Assembly: GCA_905181735.1 (NCBI GenBank)
Contig: CAJIYR010000008.1
Span: forward strand, 81,876 to 145,875
Reading direction: 5' to 3'
Length of the DNA stretch: 64,000 nucleotides
Origin: an uncultured Hyphomicrobiales bacterium
GTDB taxonomy: Bacteria > Pseudomonadota > Alphaproteobacteria > Rhizobiales > TMED25
The number at the start of each line of letters is the position of its first letter. Position 1 is the stretch's first letter. The translations under genes were made by a program, and so were the position numbers. Below the pieces are notes generated by a model that did not search any database, was not told where the DNA came from, and was given only the letters and a program-made list of their open reading frames with translations. Shown here one piece after another: positions 51,190-61,825 of this stretch.

Positions 51190-54100
51190 ATGGAATTCAC
51201 TAAATTAAAACTACTCGGCTTTAAATCATTTGTTGACCCCGTAGAACTCGATATTAAATCGGGTTTAACGGGAATTGTTGGTCCAAATGGTTGCGGAAAA
51301 TCAAATCTGCTTGAGGCCTTGCAATGGGTTATGGGAGAAAATTCATATAAAAATCTGCGTGGATCCGAAATGGATGATGTTATATTTGCAGGCACTCAAA
51401 ATATAACAGCAAGAAATATGGCTGAGGTAACGCTTATTATAGATAATAGAAAAAAAGATTGCCCCCCTGAATACGCCAATGATGAAGAAATCGAGATAAC
51501 GAGAAGAATTGATAGGAACGAAGGTTCCACATATTACATAAATTCAAAGGAAAAAAGAGCAAAAGATGTTCAGCTTTTCTTCGCAGATCTATCTTCCGGT
51601 GCGCACTCGGTGTCATTGGTAAGGCAAGGGCAAATCAGTCAAATTGTAGCGGCGAAACCAATTGATAGAAGAAAAATATTAGAGGAAGCAGCCGGGATAA
51701 GTGGCCTTCACTACAGAAGACACGAAGCCGAACTTAGACTCAATGCTACACTACAGAATCTAGAAAGAATTGATGACATATCTGGAGAAATAAATCTACA
51801 GTTAAGCTCTTTAAAACGTCAATCTAATCAAGCTATTCGATTCAAAAAAATAGCAGAAGAAATAAGAAATCTAGAATCTTTAATGTTACTTTTAAAATGG
51901 ACTGAAATAAATAAAAGCAACGATGAAATTAACGAAAAAAAAACTACCCTTCAAAATGAAGTCCAAGAACATACGATAAAATTAAGCGAGTTAAGCAATA
52001 AAGAAAATAAATATTTTGAAATGTCGAAACCAATAAGGGATCAGGAAAGGCAATTGAATGATCAGTTGCAAGAGCTATTAAACCAAGATTCAAATTTTAA
52101 AAATGAATTACATTATATAGGAGAGAAAAAGTTAAACTCTACAAAGATAATTGATCAGGTTAGAAAAGATATAACAAGAGAAGAAGGTAATTTAAAAGAT
52201 CAAAATGAGCAAATAGAATTACTTACAAGTAAAGAAAAAACATATAAGACTAGAATATCAGATATATCAGACAAAGAAAAACTGGCATCAGAAGAATCTT
52301 TACATGCAAAGTATGATCTCATTGACCTTGAAGAAGAATATAACAAAAAAACATCTGAATTAATTAATGCTAAAGCACTAAGAACAACACTCGAAAATAG
52401 ACTAATAGAATACAATGCAGAGCTTCATAAGCTAAGAACAGAAAAAGACCAATTAACAGTAATGTCAGAAAATGCAAATAAGCATAGCGATGATTTATTG
52501 CAAACAACTAAAATAGAATTATACGCATCAAAAGAAGACACAAAGGATATAGATAAGCAATTATCAGAATACGAAGAGAATAGCTTAGTCTTAATAGCTA
52601 ATGAAAAAAATATACAAGAAAAGCTAACAGACGTTAGGATTTCAATAGACAGACTGGAAACTGAAAAAAATATTTATAATAATATTTTAGAAGAAAAAAA
52701 TGGCGGAACACCTACACTAGAAGAAAGAATTTCCGTAACTAATGGCTACGAGAATGCTATCATTGCAATGTTTGAAGATAAATTAGAAGTAACGTTAGAT
52801 AAAAACGACCAGAATCACTGGAATCATATAATAAACGTTACTGAAAATAAAAAATTACCAGACAATGTCATTCCAATTAAAAAATATATATCAGGTCCTA
52901 GGGAAATAGACCTGCTAATTAATCACGTTGGGTTAGTAAAAAAAGAAAACGGAGAAGACCTCCAAAAACAACTACATCCAGGACAAATATTGGTTTCTAT
53001 TGAAGGTGATATATGGCGTTGGGATGGATATACATCAAGAGCCAAAGAGGATGAGGTCGGTAATAAAATATACGCTAAAAATCGTCTTGGAATTATTGAT
53101 ATTAATCTTCTAGAGGGGAAAAAAATATTTGATCACACTTCTAAAGAGCATAATAATGTAAAAATCCAACTATTAAAACATAAAGAAGAAGAGAGTCAAC
53201 TTAGAAGCAAAAGAAAAAACATACTAGAAAATCAGGATACATTACAAAATAAAATTACAAACATAGAACAAACACTATGGAATGAAAAAGAAATTTTAAT
53301 TAGCCAAAGCCAAAAAAAACAATTTCTAGAAGAATCGATTTCTCAAATAAATTACAATATTAATTCATACAAAATTGAACTTGGTAAGGCGGTAGATGAA
53401 AAGACCTTAGAGATTGAGCTGGAACCATTAAAAAGAAATTTTTTTAAGGCTAGAAGCAATGCGGATAGTAAGAATTTTATTTCTGAAAATCTTACTATTG
53501 AAAAAAAATCTTTTGAGGACAATTTATCAAAAATATCTTCAGATTATCTTCTATGGAAGAAAAGAAACATTCAAACCATAGAATACTTAGTAGGATTGAG
53601 AGAGAGGTTGTTTGATTCAATAAAAGAAGAGAATGAATTATCGATATTGCCAGACAAGATAAAGCAAAAAAGAATTGAACTTTCCTTGGAAATAGAATTA
53701 GCAACAAAAAATAGAAATAAATTACTTAAAGATATTCAAGAATCCGAATTAAATTTACATAAATACCAGAGGCTTACAAGAGAAGAAGGCAGTATTTTAA
53801 GCGAAAAAAGAGAAAGATTGGCTCATACTAAAGCTCAATTTGACGCAACAATGGAAAAGAAAGAAGACTTAAGTAAAAAAATCAACACATCCCTATTATG
53901 TAACCCAGATCAAATATTAAGCAAATATAGTCTATCGGAAGTATATGAAAAAAATAGGTTAAAAATTGATGATATTGAAAACAAGATAGTGTATCTAAAA
54001 AATCAAAGAGAAGCGATTGGTTCTGTAAACTTAATGGCTCAAGAAGAATATAACCAACTTTACAACAGAGCTGGTAAATTAGTTACTGAAAAAGAAGACC

Positions 54101-54663
54101 TTTTACAAGCAATTGAAACTCTCAAAAATGGGGTTAAGGAAATAAACACTGAAGCTAGACAAAGGTTAATGGTTGCGTTTAAACAAGTTAACAATAACTT
54201 CCAAACATTATTCAAGAAACTTTTTAAAGGCGGCGAAGCTGAGCTTAAGTTAATTGGGTCGGAGGACCCTTTAGAAGCAGGCTTGGATATTATAGCATGG
54301 CCGCCAGGGAAAAAACCACAGACTATTACACTGCTATCTGGAGGAGAGCAGGCACTAACTGCATTTGCATTAATATTAGGAGTGTTTCAAACAAACCCTT
54401 CTCCAGTATGTGTCCTTGACGAAGTTGATGCCCCATTAGACGATTCAAATATACAACGATTTAGCGACCTGATTAAAAGTCTAACTCAGGAAACAAAAAC
54501 TAGATTTCTTATAATTACCCATCACCCTTACACAATGTCTAGCATGCATAGGTTGTTTGGTGTTACCATGATTGACCAAGGTGTTAGTAAATTAGTATCT
54601 GTAGATCTTAGAACCGCCGAAAATTTGACAGACAAACAATTAATACCAGATATAAAAATATGA
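51190..54663 (+). CDS. smc: Chromosome segregation protein SMC
   Basis: 'GFKSF', Walker A 'GPNGCGKSN', long coiled coils, 'LSGGEQ', 'VLDEVDAPLD'. Confidence 0.96.
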   Translation: MEFTKLKLLGFKSFVDPVELDIKSGLTGIVGPNGCGKSNLLEALQWVMGENSYKNLRGSEMDDVIFAGTQNITARNMAEVTLIIDNRKKDCPPEYANDEEIEITRRIDRNEGSTYYINSKEKRAKDVQLFFADLSSGAHSVSLVRQGQISQIVAAKPIDRRKILEEAAGISGLHYRRHEAELRLNATLQNLERIDDISGEINLQLSSLKRQSNQAIRFKKIAEEIRNLESLMLLLKWTEINKSNDEINEKKTTLQNEVQEHTIKLSELSNKENKYFEMSKPIRDQERQLNDQLQELLNQDSNFKNELHYIGEKKLNSTKIIDQVRKDITREEGNLKDQNEQIELLTSKEKTYKTRISDISDKEKLASEESLHAKYDLIDLEEEYNKKTSELINAKALRTTLENRLIEYNAELHKLRTEKDQLTVMSENANKHSDDLLQTTKIELYASKEDTKDIDKQLSEYEENSLVLIANEKNIQEKLTDVRISIDRLETEKNIYNNILEEKNGGTPTLEERISVTNGYENAIIAMFEDKLEVTLDKNDQNHWNHIINVTENKKLPDNVIPIKKYISGPREIDLLINHVGLVKKENGEDLQKQLHPGQILVSIEGDIWRWDGYTSRAKEDEVGNKIYAKNRLGIIDINLLEGKKIFDHTSKEHNNVKIQLLKHKEEESQLRSKRKNILENQDTLQNKITNIEQTLWNEKEILISQSQKKQFLEESISQINYNINSYKIELGKAVDEKTLEIELEPLKRNFFKARSNADSKNFISENLTIEKKSFEDNLSKISSDYLLWKKRNIQTIEYLVGLRERLFDSIKEENELSILPDKIKQKRIELSLEIELATKNRNKLLKDIQESELNLHKYQRLTREEGSILSEKRERLAHTKAQFDATMEKKEDLSKKINTSLLCNPDQILSKYSLSEVYEKNRLKIDDIENKIVYLKNQREAIGSVNLMAQEEYNQLYNRAGKLVTEKEDLLQAIETLKNGVKEINTEARQRLMVAFKQVNNNFQTLFKKLFKGGEAELKLIGSEDPLEAGLDIIAWPPGKKPQTITLLSGGEQALTAFALILGVFQTNPSPVCVLDEVDAPLDDSNIQRFSDLIKSLTQETKTRFLIITHHPYTMSSMHRLFGVTMIDQGVSKLVSVDLRTAENLTDKQLIPDIKI

Positions 54664-54977
54664 AAAAATATGAAAAAAATATCTATAAGAATAAATTAAA
54701 GAAAATAGATGAAAAGCTGGAAACTATAAAAAAAAGTTACCAGAAAACTCTTGATAATAAAGAATCCTCAAGAAGAGGCAATCAAATAGGCTTTGCATTC
54801 AGGCTTGCAACAGAGTTGGTTGCTGGTTTTGTAGTTGGCGGAATAATAGGATGGTATTTGGATAAATGGCTTGGCACTCTTCCGATTTTCCTTTTTTTAT
54901 TTTTTGCTCTTGGCGCAGCTGCTGGTGTATCAAACATTATAAAAACTGCTAAAAAACTAAATAGTAACGATCAATAA
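54660..54977 (+). CDS. atpI: ATP synthase protein I (AtpZ/AtpI family)
   Basis: 'FRLATELVAGFVVGGIIGWYLDKWLGTLP'. Confidence 0.88.
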   Translation: MKKYEKNIYKNKLKKIDEKLETIKKSYQKTLDNKESSRRGNQIGFAFRLATELVAGFVVGGIIGWYLDKWLGTLPIFLFLFFALGAAAGVSNIIKTAKKLNSNDQ

Positions 54978-55104
54978 TAGTAAAATACGCTAAATTCACA
55001 GCTATCTTCATTAAATATGTCTATAAACATATAAAATTGCTATTAATATGATTAAAAATTATATATAAGATTGATGTAAATTAGTTTTTTAATGGAATAA
55101 TTTA

Positions 55105-55893
55105 ATGGCAACAAATAATCATGTTATAGAAAATGTAGGTAACTCAGCAGATGCTGGGCATGGGGCAAGCCCCATACAGCCAATGCATCAATTTGAAATT
55201 GTAGATCTAATACCACTTGAACTTTTTGGGGTTAATATATCCTTTACAAATTCTTCACTATTTATGGTAGTTGCGGTATTGGTAGTAATTGGACTAACAT
55301 TACTAACTGTAGATGGGCGTGCTACAGTGCCAGGTAGATTACAGTCTATAGCTGAACTATCCTATGAATTCGTCGCTAAAATGGTGAGAGATAATGTTGG
55401 AGACTCAGGGCAAAAATACTTTCCTTTTGTCTTTAGTTTATTTATGTTTGTTCTAGCATGTAATTTGATAGGCATGATTCCTTATACATTTACTGTAACA
55501 AGTCATATAGCAGTAACTTTTGCATTATCAGCCGTAATATTCATTGGAGTAACTATACTTGGATTTATAAAACATGGAATTCATTTTCTTAAGTTTTTTG
55601 TTCCCTCTGGAATTCCAATTGCACTTATGCCACTATTAGTAGTAGTAGAAGTAATTTCATATTTCACAAGACCTATAAGTCTATCAGTTAGGTTGTTTGC
55701 AAATATGATGGCTGGCCACACTATGATAAAAGTTTTTGCTGGTTTTGTTGTTATGATGGGACTAGCGGGAATAGCGCCCCTAGCTCTTATTGTGGCATTC
55801 ACAGGGCTGGAAATATTAATTGCCTTTTTACAAGCCTATGTTTTTGCGATATTAACATGTATATATCTCAATGACGCAATACATATGCATTAA
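55105..55893 (+). CDS. atpB: F0F1 ATP synthase subunit a
   Basis: 'PMHQF', 'FTNSSLFM', 'RPISLSVRLFANMMAGH', 'LQAYVFAILTCIYL'. Confidence 0.97.
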   Translation: MATNNHVIENVGNSADAGHGASPIQPMHQFEIVDLIPLELFGVNISFTNSSLFMVVAVLVVIGLTLLTVDGRATVPGRLQSIAELSYEFVAKMVRDNVGDSGQKYFPFVFSLFMFVLACNLIGMIPYTFTVTSHIAVTFALSAVIFIGVTILGFIKHGIHFLKFFVPSGIPIALMPLLVVVEVISYFTRPISLSVRLFANMMAGHTMIKVFAGFVVMMGLAGIAPLALIVAFTGLEILIAFLQAYVFAILTCIYLNDAIHMH

Positions 55894-55931
55894 TTTATTT
55901 TTTAATTTAATTACAAACAGGAGAAGAAAAA

Positions 55932-56162
55932 ATGGAACCAGAAGCAGCTAAATTAATAGGCGCAGGATTAGCATCAATAGCACTAGCAGGTGCAGGTGTA
56001 GGAATAGGAACAATCTTTGGTAATTATCTCGCAGGGGCACTACGTAACCCTTCTGCAGCACCAGGACAATTCCCTAATCTATTACTTGGATTTGCATTAG
56101 CAGAAGCAACAGGATTATTTGGCCTTGTTATTGCACTAATTATGCTATTCGTTCCCCTATAA
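55932..56162 (+). CDS. atpE: F0F1 ATP synthase subunit c
   Basis: 'GAGVGIG', 'RNP', '[10 protein letters not shown]'; SD GGAG. Confidence 0.97.
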   Translation: MEPEAAKLIGAGLASIALAGAGVGIGTIFGNYLAGALRNPSAAPGQFPNLLLGFALAEATGLFGLVIALIMLFVPL

Positions 56163-56168
56163 AAATAC

Positions 56169-56195
56169 TTAGTTGCGGCTTAAAGCCGCAACTAA
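56169..56195. other. Perfect inverted repeat / RNA hairpin between atpE and atpF2
   Basis: TTAGTTGCGGCT-TAA-AGCCGCAACTAA (12-bp stem); no sense-strand U-tract follows. Confidence 0.8.
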
Positions 56196-56216
56196 AATAA
56201 ATTTCGAGATACAAAA

Positions 56217-56705
56217 ATGCCACAACTAGATTTTGCAACATTCCCGTCACAGATTTTATGGCTCTTTCTCACTTTTGCAGTTCTATATATTGTGATGGCT
56301 AAAATTGCATTACCTAAATTAGCAAACGCAATAGAATTACGTCGTGATATTATAGCAAGAGATCTTGAGGAAGCTGAAAATTTTAGAGATGAATCAGAAA
56401 AAGCACAAATTGAATATGAAAATTCAATCAAGGAAGCTCATGATAAATCAAATGAAATAACAAAGAAAACAAAAGAAAAGCTTTCCGTGCAATTCGAGAA
56501 GGAAAGAAAGAAAGTTGAAGAAGATAATTCAAAAAAGATAGTTGAAGCTGAAAGTAAGATTTTAAGCGCTAAAAATGTTGCTTTAAAGCAGATCGATTCA
56601 ATTGCCACTGATATATCAAAAACAATTGTTGAAAAGCTTGTTGGAGACAAAGGGTTAAAAGCAAATAACATTGAAGACAATATTAAACTTTCAATAAATA
56701 GCTAG
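56217..56705 (+). CDS. F0F1 ATP synthase subunit b'
   Basis: 'MPQLDFATFPSQILWL', 'LP', coiled coil. Confidence 0.93.
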   Translation: MPQLDFATFPSQILWLFLTFAVLYIVMAKIALPKLANAIELRRDIIARDLEEAENFRDESEKAQIEYENSIKEAHDKSNEITKKTKEKLSVQFEKERKKVEEDNSKKIVEAESKILSAKNVALKQIDSIATDISKTIVEKLVGDKGLKANNIEDNIKLSINS

Positions 56706-56715
56706 GAATTAATTA

Positions 56716-57195
56716 ATGTTAGATAAACCAGAAACTTGGGTTGCCGTCGGATTTTTGTTATTTATTGGCTTAGTTCTTTATTTAAAAGTTCCAAAACTTA
56801 TAACCAATGCTTTGGATGATAGAGCCGAAAAAATAAGTAATGAGCTAAAAGAGGCAAAAATTCTCAGAGAGGAAGCTCATTCTCTATTTAATGATTATAA
56901 AAAGAAACAGAAAGAAGCAGAAAAAATTTCTACAAATTTAATAGCTAATGCAGAAAAAATTGCTAAAGATTACATCAAAGAATCAAAAGAAAAATTAAAT
57001 GAAACGCTTGATAGAAGAAAAAAACTAGCAGAAGAAAAAATTAAGAGAGCAGAAGAAGAGGCTGTTAAAGAAATTCAAAACAAAGCTATAGATATCGCAA
57101 TTAATGCTACAAGCAAATCATTATCGAATAATATTAATGATAAAAAAAATAGTGAACTTATAGAAGATGCTATAAATAATCTTAATAAAATTTAG
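56716..57195 (+). CDS. atpF: F0F1 ATP synthase subunit b
   Basis: 'ETWVAVGF', 'KVP..ALDDRAEKI', coiled coil. Confidence 0.93.
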   Translation: MLDKPETWVAVGFLLFIGLVLYLKVPKLITNALDDRAEKISNELKEAKILREEAHSLFNDYKKKQKEAEKISTNLIANAEKIAKDYIKESKEKLNETLDRRKKLAEEKIKRAEEEAVKEIQNKAIDIAINATSKSLSNNINDKKNSELIEDAINNLNKI

Positions 57196-57207
57196 TTAAA
57201 TCCTAAA

Positions 57208-57798
57208 CTACTGAACTCTATTGTAATTTAACTGTCTAGAATTAAGATTAAATCCAGTTAAGATTTCATATGAAGCTATATCTTTAGTTGAATCAATATA
57301 AAATTCAAAATCTTTAAAAACATGATCAAACCTTAAAAGCGTTGCTCCTTGAGGAATATCTGTCTTGATATTAACAAACCTTCTATTTGTTACATCGTTA
57401 TCATTCTTAACCAAAGCTATGAATATCGGCAGATCCATTTCTCCTGAGGAACCTTGAGGTCCTAACGCAATAGAACCAGATATATATAAATTACCTTTAA
57501 TTTGTAAATCCTGATACGAACAATCATATGTGATTGTTTCTATTCTGGCCTTGTATATTAAATCACTCTCATTAGGTGAATCGTATGAAATAAATTCATT
57601 TAAAGATACCGCATCTGCAAGTATCATTGCACTAGGACAAGAAATAGAGCTAGTTTTATCCTCTGAGAATGGGTTTAATTTATATTTACTCAAATCTGGC
57701 ATACCTAAATTTGGCATAGATAAATCAGATACCGACTCACATCCCACCAAAAAAAAGAGGATGAATAGGATCGATAATCTATTAAACTTATTTTTCAT
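57208..57798 (-). CDS. Putative lipoprotein
   Basis: Signal peptide with lipobox 'LVGC'; 'SCP', 'GPQG..LPIFIALV'. Confidence 0.7.
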   Translation of the reverse strand: MKNKFNRLSILFILFFLVGCESVSDLSMPNLGMPDLSKYKLNPFSEDKTSSISCPSAMILADAVSLNEFISYDSPNESDLIYKARIETITYDCSYQDLQIKGNLYISGSIALGPQGSSGEMDLPIFIALVKNDNDVTNRRFVNIKTDIPQGATLLRFDHVFKDFEFYIDSTKDIASYEILTGFNLNSRQLNYNRVQ

Positions 57799-57961
57799 TA
57801 AATTTGCCAATATTATAAACTTATCTAATATTACTCTTGTAAGTAGATTATTTTCTTAATTTATAAGAACTAAATGATACTCATGTATATTATTCATATA
57901 ATCTATTTAAAGCTATATAAATCTATAGACTATTTTTTACTATGTGGATAATAATTAACTT

Positions 57962-58918
57962 ATGCATAAAATTAATAACAAAAAAAAACTTAATGTATTC
58001 CTAGCTCAGCCTAGAGGATTTTGCGCAGGGGTAGAAAGAGCAATTCAGATAGTTGAGAAGTCGCTAATTAAGTATGGAGCACCTGTATATGTAAGACATG
58101 AAATTGTCCATAATACTAATGTTGTCAATGACCTTAAAAAGAAAGGCGCAATATTCGTTGAAGAATTAGATGAGATACCTGAAACAAAACAACCAATAAT
58201 ATTTTCAGCTCATGGAGTACCAAAATCTGTTCCCAAAAATGCTAAGAATAGAAATCTTTTCCATATTGATGCCACATGTCCATTGGTATCAAAAGTACAC
58301 ATTGAAGCAGAAAAATTGTATAAAAATGGTTTTGAAATAATACTAATTGGCCACCAGGGTCATCCCGAAGTAATCGGAACAACAGGTCAGTTACCGGATG
58401 GAACGATTACTCTAATAGAAACAATAATAGATGCTGAATTATTCATAGCAAAGAATCCTATCAAGCTCGCTTACATTACCCAAACCACTCTTTCCATAGA
58501 TGATACGGAGGAAATAGTTAAGTGCCTAAAAAGAAGATATCCTGATATCACAGCTCCTCACAAAGAGGATATATGTTATGCGACTACCAATCGACAGAAT
58601 GTAGTAAAAAAATTATCCCCTCACGTTGATGCACTATTTGTAGTGGGGTCTAAAAATAGCTCAAATTCACAAAGGTTAGTTGAAGTTGGTATAAAGTCAG
58701 GATGCAAAGAATCATATTTAATCGAGGATGAGAATGAAATAAAATGGGATATACTTGAAAAAATTGAAAATTTAGCTATAACGGCAGGGGCATCTGCTCC
58801 AGAGAAAATTGTACAAAAAATAATAGAAGCATTATCGAATAAATTTAATGTTAATCTAGAATCATACAATCATATTAATGAAGATATTTTCTTTAAATTA
58901 CCGGTAGAGTTCAACTAA
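57962..58918 (+). CDS. ispH: 4-hydroxy-3-methylbut-2-enyl diphosphate reductase
   Basis: 'PRGFCAGV', 'HEIVHN', 'SAHG', 'DATCPLV', 'ICYATTNRQ', 'NSSN', 'TAGASAP'. Confidence 0.97.
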   Translation: MHKINNKKKLNVFLAQPRGFCAGVERAIQIVEKSLIKYGAPVYVRHEIVHNTNVVNDLKKKGAIFVEELDEIPETKQPIIFSAHGVPKSVPKNAKNRNLFHIDATCPLVSKVHIEAEKLYKNGFEIILIGHQGHPEVIGTTGQLPDGTITLIETIIDAELFIAKNPIKLAYITQTTLSIDDTEEIVKCLKRRYPDITAPHKEDICYATTNRQNVVKKLSPHVDALFVVGSKNSSNSQRLVEVGIKSGCKESYLIEDENEIKWDILEKIENLAITAGASAPEKIVQKIIEALSNKFNVNLESYNHINEDIFFKLPVEFN

Positions 58919-58935
58919 TAAAATGGTTTTATAGC

Positions 58936-59907
58936 ATGGCTGTTTATACAAAAGTAAATAAAATAGAATTAAAGAATTTTTTAAAAAATTATCAATTAGA
59001 TGAGTTATCTTCTTATACAGGTATTACAGAGGGTGTTGAAAATACAAATTATTTAATAATATGCGGGAATACAAAATACATACTAACACTGTATGAAAAG
59101 AGAGTTGCTGAGGCAGACCTACCTTTTTTTATAAATCTGCTAAATCATTTGAGTGCGAAAGACATTGCTTCACCTATTCCCATAAAAATGAAAAATGCAC
59201 AATATATTGGAAAAATAAATGAAAAATCTGCTGCCCTGTTTAGCTTTATAGAAGGATCTTCAACAAAAAAGATAACTGAGAAGCATTGCAAAGAAGTTGG
59301 AAAAGCATTAGCAAGCATGCATATTGCAAGCAAAGATATTGATCATATCCGCCAGAATTCACTATCTTTTAACAGTTGGGAAAACTTATATAATTCGATC
59401 AAAGGAAACCTTGATAAAATAAAATTTGGACTGTCTGGCGAGATATCGGATGAATTAGAAAATTTAAGAAGAAATTGGCCAAATGACTTACCGAAAGGAA
59501 TAATTCACGGCGACTTATTTCCAGATAATATCTTTTTCATTAATAAAGATCTTTCTGGCTTAATAGATTTCTACTTTGCGTGCGAAGAATTCTATGCTTT
59601 TGATATCGCTATTTGTATAAATGCCTGGTGTTTTGAAAGCGATTATTCATTTAACATTACAAAAGCCAAAAGACTATTAGGTGCGTATCAAGAGAAACGT
59701 ATTTTATCAAAGAAAGAGTTAAAGTCATTACCTATATTATGCAGAGGTGCAGCATTAAGATTTCTCTTAACAAGATCCATTGATTGGTTTATTAAACCAG
59801 AAAATGTATTGGTCATACCAAAAGATCCGATAGAATATTATAATAAGTTAAAATTCCATCAGTCTATTAACTCAGCTAATGATTACGGGTTATATGAATA
59901 CAACTAG
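58936..59907 (+). CDS. thrB: Homoserine kinase type II
   Basis: 'MAVYT', 'GVENTNY', 'HGDLFPDN', 'IDFYFAC', 'LRFLLTR'. Confidence 0.95.
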   Translation: MAVYTKVNKIELKNFLKNYQLDELSSYTGITEGVENTNYLIICGNTKYILTLYEKRVAEADLPFFINLLNHLSAKDIASPIPIKMKNAQYIGKINEKSAALFSFIEGSSTKKITEKHCKEVGKALASMHIASKDIDHIRQNSLSFNSWENLYNSIKGNLDKIKFGLSGEISDELENLRRNWPNDLPKGIIHGDLFPDNIFFINKDLSGLIDFYFACEEFYAFDIAICINAWCFESDYSFNITKAKRLLGAYQEKRILSKKELKSLPILCRGAALRFLLTRSIDWFIKPENVLVIPKDPIEYYNKLKFHQSINSANDYGLYEYN

Positions 59908-60343
59908 CAAAATAATCAATATATATACCGATGGGGCCTGCTCTGGAAATCCTGGGATTGGAGGTTGGGGGGCCTTTCTATCTTATGGAATATATTCAAA
60001 AGAAATCTATGGGGGTTCGAAGGAAACGACTAACAATAGAATGGAATTAACGGCTGCAATAGAGTCTCTTAAAATTATTAAAAATCCAAGTAATATTATA
60101 ATTAATACGGATTCTGTTTACGTGAAAGATGGAATAACTAAGTGGATAGCAAATTGGAAAAAAAATAACTGGAAAAACTCTCAAAAAAAAGATGTTAAAA
60201 ACAGAGATTTGTGGGAAGAGCTTGATAATGCAATTAAAAGTCATCAAATACAGTGGAAATGGGTAAAAGGACACGCAGGTAACATTGGCAATGAACGCGC
60301 CGATGAGTTGGCGAGAAAAGGAGTTTCAGAACAGACCGACTAA
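59894..60343 (+). CDS. rnhA: Ribonuclease HI
   Basis: '[16 protein letters not shown]', 'TTNNRMEL', 'TDS', '[12 protein letters not shown]'. Confidence 0.96.
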   Translation: MNTTSKIINIYTDGACSGNPGIGGWGAFLSYGIYSKEIYGGSKETTNNRMELTAAIESLKIIKNPSNIIINTDSVYVKDGITKWIANWKKNNWKNSQKKDVKNRDLWEELDNAIKSHQIQWKWVKGHAGNIGNERADELARKGVSEQTD

Positions 60344-60360
60344 TGATTAAGCTATTACTG

Positions 60361-61209
60361 TTATTCAATAGTGATATCTTCTTTTATTAGATCACCCTCT
60401 GTTACTATAACTAAAGATAAAATCTGATCAACAATATCATCAGCTACATAGTTTGAATATATTTCGTAATTAAATTCCACATTTCCATTAACTAATTTTT
60501 TTGGAGGACCTAAAGCTGATAAATATAATTTATCATGCTCTTCAATAAATATTGAAGAATTTTCTGATAAATTTAACTCTATCTTTAAATACAGATTATC
60601 TTCTCTACCATGAATAAGACTGGCTTTTATTGCCTTTTTCTCAGTTATATTATTGTAATTTGGCACACGTTCTAAAAACTCATTAACTAATAGTGATTTT
60701 TCTTTCGACAAAGACCCTAGATTGCTGATGATATAGGATAACTTATTATTAACAGGTACACAAACGGTGTCACAAATCCCATAATCAAATGTTACGTTGA
60801 TATGCAATGGTTTTTTTGTAGATACTGGTTCTAAAATAATAGGGAATATTACATTATCCTTATAACCATTAGATGACCCAAACGAATGTACAATTTTTTC
60901 TGGTACAGGATATTTAATGTCGTATGATTCTATATTTATTGAATCTTTGAAATCAATAATAGGTGGTATACCTGAATCACCTGGGTTTCTCCAATATGAG
61001 TAACTGCCTTTTTCAATAGATAACTGCAACCCTATAATCAATTTTTTATCTGAGCTATAGCTACCGATTATAAGACGTGATCTAGAATTATAATTATCTT
61101 GCCAATCGGTTGTTATTTCATTACCTAATACGCTACTATTAAACCCTGGTAGCAGTAATAAGAAGGAAGTAAGCGAAAAGCTTAAAAAAATTATAATTTT
61201 AATAATCAT
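60361..61209 (-). CDS. Secreted DsbD N-terminal-domain-like protein
   Basis: Signal peptide, 'YWRNPGDSGIPP', 'YGICDTVCVP'. Confidence 0.8.
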   Translation of the reverse strand: MIIKIIIFLSFSLTSFLLLLPGFNSSVLGNEITTDWQDNYNSRSRLIIGSYSSDKKLIIGLQLSIEKGSYSYWRNPGDSGIPPIIDFKDSINIESYDIKYPVPEKIVHSFGSSNGYKDNVIFPIILEPVSTKKPLHINVTFDYGICDTVCVPVNNKLSYIISNLGSLSKEKSLLVNEFLERVPNYNNITEKKAIKASLIHGREDNLYLKIELNLSENSSIFIEEHDKLYLSALGPPKKLVNGNVEFNYEIYSNYVADDIVDQILSLVIVTEGDLIKEDITIE

Positions 61210-61801
61210 CTTTAATCATTCTTTTGTAATTTGAGCATAACATGCCATATAGAAAATGGTCCTGCCAAATACCATTAATTTTCAAGTATTGGGAAGCCAT
61301 ACCCTCTCTAATAAAACCAACTTTTTCTAATAATGATACTGATGGAATATTATTAGGAATACAATATGCTTCTATTCTATGTAACTTCAATATGTGGCAA
61401 ACATGGGATAAAAATAAATCCATCGCAGCAGTCATATAACCCTTTTTTGAATACTTTTCACCAATCCAATAACCAACAGATCCTGATTGAGATACCCCTC
61501 TTCTTACATTGGTTAATATGATCGCGCCAATTAGTTCATTATTTATATTAAAAACAAAGAAAGGATAAGTTATCTCATGTTTAACACCAGCTTGATAAGA
61601 TTTTAATAGCATTTTGTAATAATGCTTTGATAGATGGTTTGCACTCCACAGAGGTTCCCAAGGTTGAAGAAAATTCTTGCTTTCATTTCTTATTTGAAAC
61701 CATTGATTATAATCAGAAACCCTAGGAAACCTAATATATAAATCATTACCTGAAATTATAGATTTTGAATTTATACTGTTTGAACTTCTAAAAAAATACA
61801 T
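61199..61801 (-). CDS. rimJ: RimJ/RimL family N-acetyltransferase
   Basis: 'FLQPWEP', 'NVRRGVSQSGSVGYWIG', 'LHRIEA', 'YLKINGIWQDH'. Confidence 0.9.
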   Translation of the reverse strand: MYFFRSSNSINSKSIISGNDLYIRFPRVSDYNQWFQIRNESKNFLQPWEPLWSANHLSKHYYKMLLKSYQAGVKHEITYPFFVFNINNELIGAIILTNVRRGVSQSGSVGYWIGEKYSKKGYMTAAMDLFLSHVCHILKLHRIEAYCIPNNIPSVSLLEKVGFIREGMASQYLKINGIWQDHFLYGMLCSNYKRMIKDDY

Positions 61802-61825
61802 AATAATATATAATTTTAAAAAAAA

